A stretch of DNA of 64,000 nt from Oopsacas minuta (Eukaryota > Animalia > Porifera). Under the pieces are notes generated by a model. It had not been told where the DNA came from, made no database searches, and saw only the letters and a list, made by a program, of their open reading frames with translations. A program made the translations under genes and the position numbers. The stretch covers positions 68,925-132,924 of the forward strand of contig JAKMXF010000353.1 in the NCBI GenBank assembly GCA_024704765.1, given 5' to 3'. Positions 55,214 through 64,000 of the stretch are shown piece after piece; positions within the stretch are counted from its first letter, which is position 1, and each line of letters starts with the position of its first letter.

Positions 55214-56729
55214 TGCCTTTAATAAATGCTGTATTTCTTCTTGTTATTTGGATAAATTGTTGTATTTAAAAGATTTATGGTCCATTTATACACATCGTTT
55301 CAATATACTTAACACTTCATGTTAATTGGTGATACCTTGTAATAGAATACTTATCACTTGATTATTCTGATTGAAATTTTAATGAACTAGAACTATCGTA
55401 TGTTAATACTCTTTAAAATAATTATTGGAAATTACAAACCAATTCGAGAAAAGATTATTGAGCGTAATTTACCTACACTTATGGGATAGAAATACATAAC
55501 AAAGTTCTTCAAACAAACAGACAAACAACAACAATTAAATCTCAATTGTTGTTTATTTGTTTGTCCGTTGTCAAGGAAAGGATTTACGGTATGCAATTTT
55601 GAAATTGTAGTATAACTATGTATTTATCGTGTTTATCAAGGAAGTAAATAGAATTCAATAAAACTTCACTAAATATATCGAACATGCTGAATCCGATTTC
55701 ACACTTTTGGATTAATCATATGTACATTTTTGTTGTTTTTATCAATATATAAAGTAAACAAATTATCCAAATCTCAAAATATACGTACAGGCTTGCTCTA
55801 AATGGCTAACCAAGGATAATTAAGTAGGCTGAATCCGAATTTCACATTTTCAAGTTTCTCATATGTAATTTTATCGTTGTTTGAATGAATAGATATTTTA
55901 CAAATTTCAAAATTGAGGTAGAATCATACTTTGAACGACTCTACTGGGGTAATCGAGTATGCTGAGTCCGAATATGGTATTGTAAACAACTTCTATATAA
56001 TTAACTCTCAATTGTTGTTTGTTTGTTTGTTGGTTTGTTAGTTTGTCCGTTGATATGTCAATATATTGTTGTTTTTATGAATATGCAGGAACCAATTAGC
56101 AATATCTCAAAATTTATGTAGATACTGGCACCCAACGACTACAAAAGGGGTTGATCCTACAAAATATGTCAAAAATATATGTGCCATATACGTATATTTG
56201 TGAATTACATTGTTTTAAATATATCTATATTGTAATACTTAAAGCGGCCGTCAATTTGGAGAATAATGAATACCTCGTGGTAATTTATAACAAAATGTAA
56301 TTATACTATAGAAGATCCTCCGGCTTGAACTCGGTGCCAAACACATTTCTCAAATATACAAAACTGAATTATATCAAAAGATCACAGAAATATTATCGCG
56401 AACCACGCCCGCGAAATTTAAGTAGCGTGAAATTCACATAAAAAGTGGGGCGGCTCAGCTCAGGCCGCCCATGCCCGGCCGGCCCTGCATGTGGTTCAAA
56501 TTTCAAACTCCTATCATGTATATTGGCTGAATAAGTGTGAAGTTTGCGGCGAAATAAATCGAGCACATTTAACATGTTATATTGATGTGACCAGTGCAGG
56601 TAAAGAGATGCCATTAGGACTACAGGGTGCGTCATAAGTTCTGCAACAAAATTGTACATTCAAACAATTTTCTCTAATAGCATTAATATTTAAGCATAAC
56701 TAAATAATATCGAAAGTATTTAGTATATA

Positions 56730-57300
56730 CAGGGTGGCTCTAAAGTTCTGATACAAACCATTTTGTATATAATGTTATTTCAGCATGACCTACATTATTG
56801 ATTCTCTATATATAATTAATACATACTATTAGGAAGAGATTGCCTAGTCATTTATTCAATATAATCACCCTTTTTGGAAATGACAGCCCTGAGTCTGTTC
56901 GGGAATCCTTCTACTGCGGCACGCAGAGTTTCTGGGGTATCTTCTCCCATTCTCGACACAAGGAAATCTTAGAGAGCTACCTGTGTTGTGTGACACAGAA
57001 CAAGCCTTGTTTTCCAAGATAGACCATACAGAATAGTCCATGGGATTTAAATCGGGACTGTATTGTGGCCATTCATCCTTGTGTATAAAAGTGGGACTAT
57101 TGTGCTTCAGCCAATCTTGGGTCGTATTGGCCGTATGGGCGGGAGCACCATCTTGTTGGAAGACAAATGGCTGTCCAGAAAACATGGTCTGGCTCACACC
57201 AGAACTTTGATGAAATTATGCCACCTTCAATTCCAGAAGGATTTTTTTTCCACAGATACCAGATACTCCAGTTAGTGGCCGCCGAATACAAGGTAATTTT
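56730..57300 (-). mobile_element. Tc1/mariner DD37D (maT) transposase relic
   Basis: TA-CAGGGTG terminus at 56728; FQQDGAPAH-...-WPQYSPDLNPMDYSVW with 37 residues between the last two Asp; frameshifted on both sides. Confidence 0.88.
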
Positions 57301-57465
57301 TCAATATACCTGTCTCAGTAAAAATATCCAAGAATTAGGTAAGATTTATAGTTTGTGTTTACTTGGGAGGTAAAATGTAATTCAAAGTTAATTACCTTAT
57401 ATACTGTTAAAGTATTTATCTTGTTACTTAAGGGACATTAATTGTATTACTAATGGATTTATATA

Positions 57466-57629
57466 CAGTAGAACCTCGCTAATATGTACACCAAGGGACC
57501 ATCGAGATTTGTACGTATTATCAGGAGCACGTATTAACCGATGTTTTGTATTCAAAGAATGCTCGAGGGAAAAAGTTTTGTACGAGTTTGTACGTATTAT
57601 TATCAGTGTTCGTATTAACGGTTCTACTG
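57466..57629. mobile_element. Pogo/Tigger-like MITE
   Basis: TIR CAGTAGAACC / GGTTCTACTG with TA on both sides; internal CGTATTA repeats. Confidence 0.88.
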
Positions 57630-58155
57630 TACATGATGCTAAACTATAGTGGTTAATGTGTGATTTCTTTGAGGCAAAATCAATATAAATACAAATACAT
57701 ACCTTCTACCTACCCAATTTTCAAGAAAAGGTTGGATGATAAACGTAATATATTGTGTGTGGCTTTGCATGCAGTTAGTATTGAAATCCACCTCACTCTT
57801 TGTATTGTTCATATATGTATTAATCATTATTCAAATTTTGTAGCTTCAATTCATAGCCAGCAACCCGAATGCTCTTTACCCTCACCTGAAGTACCCGAGT
57901 TAGACATTCCTCTAGAGTAGACACAGTTGTAGATAATATTTCCCTTCAGAGAATTATATCTAAGAGAAATATGCAAATCGCTCTCCATGAACTTGGTCAT
58001 GACAATACATTTCTGACAGACATCACTATGAACGCATTCAGTGTGAGTTTGAAAATTCATATATTCGCTAATGTACATCTATTACTAAACCAATTTGCAC
58101 ACATCAAAGGGATGCAAGATACAATTCAAAGTCAAGTAAGAAACATTTTTTGAGC

Positions 58156-58219
58156 TATTTACTAGTGTTATTATCTACTACTTGTAATAACAAGTAGTAG
58201 ATAATAACACTAGTAAATA
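58156..58219. repeat. Perfect hairpin, 30-bp arms and 4-nt loop
   Basis: TATTTACTAGTGTTATTATCTACTACTTGT-AATA-ACAAGTAGTAGATAATAACACTAGTAAATA. Confidence 0.95.
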
Positions 58220-58231
58220 AGACATTTTGTA

Positions 58232-58801
58232 CCAGCCCTTCCGGGTAGTATCCAAATACACCACGATGGAGCACTGCACTGGATTGCTTCGAGGATAGTC
58301 GTAAATAGGGTAGTTTACCTGTACGACTCGATGTATTACTGACAGTAACGGACGGAACTAAGGTACAACTAGCGTCACTCTACAGAAGGGAGGCCCCCCG
58401 AAGATCTTGAAGTACAGAATGTACCAATTCAACAACGACAAGGAGGCTCGAACTATTGTCTATTTGCAACTGCTGTGTGCCTCTTTTTAGCACAAGGTGG
58501 AGATCCAGCTAAGGTTAGGTGGCGTCAAAACCGTATGCGGAAGTACCTCAGAGATTGCTTAGAAACTGGAAACTTGACGCCATTTCCAAGCATTCCGGCG
58601 AAACTCTCGTCCAATGTAGAGCCATCCTCGTTCTTGATCCCATTAATCTGCGTATGCAGACTCCCTGAATACGCTTTCAATAAGACCATGGCTTGTACTT
58701 CTTGCACCAAGAAATACCACAATTCCTGTTTGGGATATAAAGATCTCAGAAAGGGACCACCAATTTCCTCTGTTTCCAATGTCGACCTCAATCAGATTTA
58801 G
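58232..58801 (+). pseudogene. Ulp1-like (C48) peptidase plus PHD finger relic, probably transposon-borne
   Basis: IQIHHDGALHWI...VYLYDS, frameshift near 58345, QQRQGGSNYCLFA, then CVCRLPE...MACTSCTKKYHNSC. Confidence 0.75.
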
Positions 58802-59502
58802 CCAAGTTGGAAACAAATAATGATCTCAACCGAGATAACGAATGTTAGAGTTAACATAATTGGTCGACTTTTGTAGGTTTTGCCAAAGGTTTCATCTAGT
58901 CTGAGACTACACATATTCAAGCTGCGAAATATACACTGAGCATCCTTTCTTTTATATAAATACGAGTATATATTACCCAAATATTACCATGGAAGAACAT
59001 GTTTATAATGATTAACTAATAAATATTAACATCTAAGAACAATAGAATTATTACCGATGAAAATTTTGGCACCTTTCCTTTCATAATTTTTTTTGCTAGA
59101 GCACAGACAAAAGTTTGACTAGTGTGAATAGGGCACTTGGTGTCCGATTGATTAGCAAAGGGGAGACGCACACCCTACGAATATCTTCAATATTTCTTGC
59201 ACCACATATCACCTTAATTCTATCCAGTTATGGCTGCAGGGCTTTTACGGAGAAAAATAAAAAAACTATAGGAACCATTTCAATACTGGGCCACTATACC
59301 AAAGTATAGTCGGCACAGTAAGAATCACATAAAAATATTCTGAACTATCAAAAATTGTGACTTCGACTTCGATGTAGGAGTTTATATACTTATTTAAGTA
59401 ACACAGAATCTCAGCACATATTTATCACCAAATTACTATGAACCACATGCACAATTCGTGTTACATACTTAAATCTCAGAATTCTATACTCTCCTCAAAA
59501 TA

Positions 59503-59722
59503 CAGTAGATGCCGGATATAAGAACACCGGTTATAAGAACATGCCCGGTTATAAGAATCATAACTCGATTTACCGAATCTTTTGTATCTTACTCCATTGA
59601 ATTTTTACCGGATATAAGAATGTTCCGTGCCAGTTATAAGAACATGTTCTTATAACCGGCACCCTGAAAAAGGAACGGCGCTCCTACCTCCGCTCCTGGC
59701 TCAGAAAAGGACGCCTTGACTG
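59503..59722. mobile_element. MITE with CCGGTTATAAGAAC subterminal repeats
   Basis: TA-CAGT...GACTG-TA ends and several direct and inverted CCGG(T/A)TATAAGAA units. Confidence 0.75.
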
Positions 59723-60779
59723 TACTACGATATGAGTGTCCATGGTGTTACTTAATACAAGAATCCCAAAATACTACGCAACAGACATTTTAATGAATCA
59801 CAAAAAATATATTTATTGAGTGTGTATATTGTCAACAATATAGTGGTGGTTACATTGGCTAATTATTGCGTAATTTTCAATTAACAAACCATAGCTACAT
59901 GTTTAATTAACAAATTGGAATTTGAAAAAATTTGCACGATTGGAAATATTGAGTAATTTTTAGATTCCTAATTGAACTGGGTTAAAGCCTGACATATGAT
60001 AATGTAATATCACCACAATTGGTAAACCTACGAAACTGATAGGTCAATACATTTGACAACTATCTCAGAGAGTTTTTCAGATATCACTTATTCTTAGAAC
60101 ATGTTCCTAGATTTATCATCTTCCACACATACGTCTGAAAACGAATCTTACAAGTGAGAAGGATGTTTCTGAATTTGGGACAAATATTTTAAAACCTCGA
60201 AACCCCAGCAAATTTGGAATTTGAATTGATGAGGCCTCGCCCATAATATTGAACCAGGGCCTCCCCAATCCTTATTTACGCCCCCTGGGCCTTTAATATT
60301 CATAGTTCTCCAGAAGGTCTCACGGATCCAAAGTGATACTCACTGATGTGAACCCAATTTCCCTTTGATGTTACCTTCTCTCTTTGGTTGGACTCCCAAA
60401 ACATTACTTACGACGATAATACATTTCAGTATCTTTGTATTCCGATAATGCTGTATATGTTGAATTTTTCAACTATACTAGTAAAGTATGGATTGCACAA
60501 TTTGTGACCAAAGAATTTATCCATACATTTGGAAAAATATAAATACAATCATTCCGGATTATCCTAAAACATATTTGAAGCATATTTTCAGGCATTAAGT
60601 TTGAACCACCCCGTTCGTGCCAGGAAATTAACCCTTTTAGGTTTTTATCCGATAACAAGTCAGATGAATTAAGTGAAGTCATAAATAAACTATATTGAAT
60701 GTCTAATATGTCTACAAAATAATGGAATAAAATTATGATAAATTATAATAATATGTCTAAGAAAACAGTAGGAGAAAGA

Positions 60780-61135
60780 TCAAAAGAGATACAGCTACCG
60801 CATCATAACCACTGTTCTTCTTCCATGGTAGCTGCACCTCAATGAAGAGGATATAGGAGAGGAGAGAAAGGAGATGTGACGCATTGGTTGTGTAAGCAAA
60901 GAGGAGTTTGCAAAGCTAGAGTTCATCCCAAAGGGATGGTGATAGTCAAGCGCACGAATGAGCACTCCCAAGGACCTGACAAGCAGGCAGCGGGCTGTTG
61001 TGAAGCGAAGCCAGGCATCAAGAGGAAAGCACGGAAGTCCCAGGATAGCGTACACCACATAGTGGGCGAAAATTTGCAGACAGCATCAGAGGGTACTGCT
61101 GCTAAACTACCCAAGCTGGACAGCCTGAAGCGGCG
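60780..61135 (+). mobile_element. FLYWCH-domain MULE transposase N-terminal relic
   Basis: THWLCKQRGVCKARVH...TNEHS...IKRKARKSQDSVHHIV...LPKLDSLKR; interrupted by the next element. Confidence 0.75.
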
Positions 61136-61638
61136 GTCTGGTAATGTTGGCTAGTGCATTCGAATGCTTTAGGTCAAATTTTAGGGTCATATTCGTGTTT
61201 AGCTTAAAATTTCCAACAGTTTGTATATATATTAACCATATTTGGAAGGATTATTCCCTAGCAACGCAAAATTCCTCAGACATGTGATAGCATTCCATTC
61301 CCAAATTTTGTCCGAACCCCATCGAGTGACTCCTTGTTCGACGCCAGTCTATTTAAGCACATATTGACCTTCTAATCCAGCGGTTCCCAAACTGGGGTAC
61401 ATGGCTCCTTGGTGGTCCACGGACGACAGCAGGGGTCCACAGGATCTCAAAATTTGTATTGCAGTCTACGAGAGGGGGTAAATATGATAGCTGGAGACAA
61501 TCAACCTACTTCCGGAAAATAATCCCTCCAAATATGGCCAATATATACAAACTGATGTAAATTTTAAGCTAAACACGAATATGATCCAAAAATTTGATCT
61601 AAAAGCATTCGAATGAGCTAGCCTACATTTACCACACC
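61135..61638. mobile_element. Foldback/MULE-like MITE with about 110-bp TIRs, with a nested hAT fragment at 61378-61470
   Basis: GGCTAG..CATTCGAATGCTTT...CATATTCGTGTTTAGCTTAAAATTT...CATATTTGGA.GGATTATT is mirrored at 61505-61625. Confidence 0.8.
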
Positions 61639-62117
61639 AGATTGTGTACTGGTGTCTAATAGAAAATTTTTCAACTTCTGGTGATCCCTTCCTCAGTTGG
61701 GATACCACGGAAAAATGCAATAAAACAATTTCTTGCCACATTTTTGAGGTATTTCACAATTGCTCACAACCTACGTAACTTTAGCCTGTTCAAATTTTCC
61801 TGTACCATGGATTACTTCAAGTCTATTAAATGTGTGTTGCAATCTTATTATTCTCGATAATATTAAATTGGTGCATTTTGGCTCGAACGTATTAATGCAT
61901 TATTGATAGATAATAATCAACACAAGCCATGGCATTCAACCATTCGAAATGAAGTCATTGGTTAATAGGGCAACATGTTAAAAATCTCCCCATTTATAGC
62001 TCTGATAAACGACCACTGGTGCGTCTTTGATTTCAGGGTTAATATCAAGTGATCTGAGGATGTTTATACATAAAATATAGAATTATTGGTAATTATAAAG
62101 TTGTCACGTAATTGAGT

Positions 62118-62465
62118 TATTAGACACCATGGATGGCACATTTTTGGCTACTGCCCACTTATAACTCGATTGTCGCGAGAGTATAATTCAAACCAGCCCA
62201 GCCAATATGACTTCATACCCAACTTCCCATACCTTTGTAATACATTTTGATACGATTTCTCTAATCAATGTGACGCAATCGTGGTATGCCCATATTTAGT
62301 AATAGTCAAGATTACACAATAGTGCTTAGAGAAAACCTAAAATGTATTACAAGGGTATTGGAAGTTGGGTATGCAGTAACATATTTGCTCGACTGGTTTG
62401 ATTAAACTCTCGCGACAATTGAGATAATAGTGGACATTTGCCAAAAATGTGCCATTCATGGTATC
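62118..62465. mobile_element. Foldback MITE with about 125-bp imperfect TIRs
   Basis: GGCACATTTTTGGC...TTGTCGCGAGAGT...CATACCCAACTTCC...TTGTAATACATTTT is mirrored at 62335-62465. Confidence 0.8.
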
Positions 62466-62749
62466 TAGTACAAGTCAGTAACGTTGTTTTGCAGAAATTT
62501 GCCCCCCATTTCTACATTCATCATTGCGGTCAATTATGATTACCTGGCACCTTTAAAGGTTTCCTACTATGGCCTAGCACTTTTGAAGGTTTCTGCACAC
62601 ATTTTATTTTCCTTTGTAGTTCTTACATACGTATAATGAAGTAATCATAATTAAAGTAATTGTTTCTATCTCTCACGTGCGTATTGCGTATACAGAAGAG
62701 AAAAAAGCGGAAAAGTCTAAGAATCTATAAATATAGACAAGACTTGGAA

Positions 62750-63020
62750 AATTATAACTGATAACGGAAGAGAATTCGCGAATACAATCTCTAAAACAAT
62801 TCCAGGAATACATGGTTGTAAATTACTATTCTCAGCTCCCTACCATCCTTAAACGAATGGTATCGTAGAATCTGCACACAAAGCGATAAAACATTCCTCA
62901 AGTGAGAAGCGGGGTAACTGATTTCAGTACTTGGAACAAATCAAGTTTTCAACTAACATAAGCCCTCGTGAGATCACAAAATATTCTGCATTTGAACTAA
63001 TGCATGGCTGTCGCTAACCA
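62750..63020 (+). mobile_element. Ty3/Gypsy-type integrase relic
   Basis: ITDNGREFAN...FSAPYHP*TNGIVES...TKYSAFELMHG, with stops and frameshifts. Confidence 0.75.
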
Positions 63021-64000
63021 CGCCTTCCATTTGAAGCTGAAAACATAACTTCCTCTAACAAAAACCTCATAAACACAAAGAAAATAATGAAGGAACAGTT
63101 CGACAAAAATTACACCCAATCAGTAAAAGTTTTAAAGTAAACGATGAAGTACTCATTGAGAATGTGTCCAGAATGAGAGCAAAGGAGAAAAGCTACAAGA
63201 CAAGTAGATTGGCCCCTATCCAAACACAAAAGTTTCTACGAGAACTTCGAAGTATGCAATAATAAAGCCATAACCCGGGTAAAGAGATCAAGGCTAAACT
63301 GGAGAGGGACTTTCAATAACGAGTGTTATCTTAGCAGCCGATTCAAATCCCCACTAAAATACCTTTTTCTCAAAAAGTATGGGTTCTATTTTGAAAAGAA
63401 CCATACCAGTGTCAAGAAGAAGGTTGGTACATTTCATATCATCACTCATAATCGCCAAATTTTGCTGATGAGTAAGCAATTTTGCATTACATTTTGGTCG
63501 AGGTTTTTTATTAATATCTCCTGAAATAATTGCGATAATAACTTCTCATTTTAATCATATTTACATCTCACTTGGTACATTGTATATATCCAATTTGAAA
63601 TTAAAATAATTATTTTTGAAAAAGTTATGAACGCCCGAACTTTAAATAGGAATTACATAGACGACCAGTTTTTACTATCAATAATGAAGTATGTATGACA
63701 GTACAGTGTACGTAAATTTTGATAAGGATTTAGTATCATTTTAATTCTATAGTTCCAATTCTATTGTGGTTTCTAGATAATAATCAAAAGATATTTGAAA
63801 TATAATAAATAACACAACACCATTGTCATGACAGTTATCATACATTATACAAAACATTACTTTTTGAATAGAAAAGAGTAAACAAATCGAAAAGTATTAC
63901 AAGATACTAATTAACCAGATATTATAGTTTGTCTGTCTATCTTTTCTGTATTGAACTGATTGATGAACTAATGAGAAATACTGATTGAATTTCCCTTGTC

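Noticed and set aside
56322-56332. Pol III B-box-like GAGTTCAAGCC (minus strand)
   Set aside because: No A-box or cloverleaf; not a tRNA.
56446-56487. GC-rich hairpin as ncRNA, and ORF 56393-56659
   Set aside because: Begins CAGGGCCGGCC on the minus strand, typical of a hAT-MITE terminus; the ORF has no motif.

Overview
AT-rich, intron-containing animal genomic DNA. It is eukaryotic, and I found no rRNA, tRNA or CRISPR. Tiny introns, divergent orthologues and tandem intronless TRAF-like/NHL genes suggest a basal metazoan such as a sponge (inference only). The window has three zones. (1) 1-32.5 kb is gene-dense: the last exon of a USP deubiquitinase; a multi-exon protein with paxillin-type LD and Ena/VASP-type polyproline motifs plus five filamin repeats; an intronless 151-aa orphan; a secreted ComEC-type metallo-beta-lactamase-fold protein that has lost its metal ligands; GRIPAP1; a coiled-coil/NHL protein; full-length talin (about 27 coding exons); a PDZ-LRR protein; and POLR3F. 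(2) 32.9-45.5 kb is a head-to-head array of six TRAF-like loci (three minus, three plus). They share a near-identical ~150-bp hub but differ in Zn-finger copy number and carry very divergent MATH domains. One copy has an internal inversion that could be spliced out in frame. (3) 45.5-64 kb is mostly transposon debris (Charlie-type hAT with intact TSD, DD37D maT, FLYWCH/MULE, Ulp1-PHD, Gypsy integrase, many MITEs) around one intact Maf-like bZIP ORF with an altered basic region. The best leads are the TRAF shuffling array, the LD-motif/filamin scaffold, and the catalytically dead bacterial-type MBL. Exon boundaries were read by eye, and no database searches were run.
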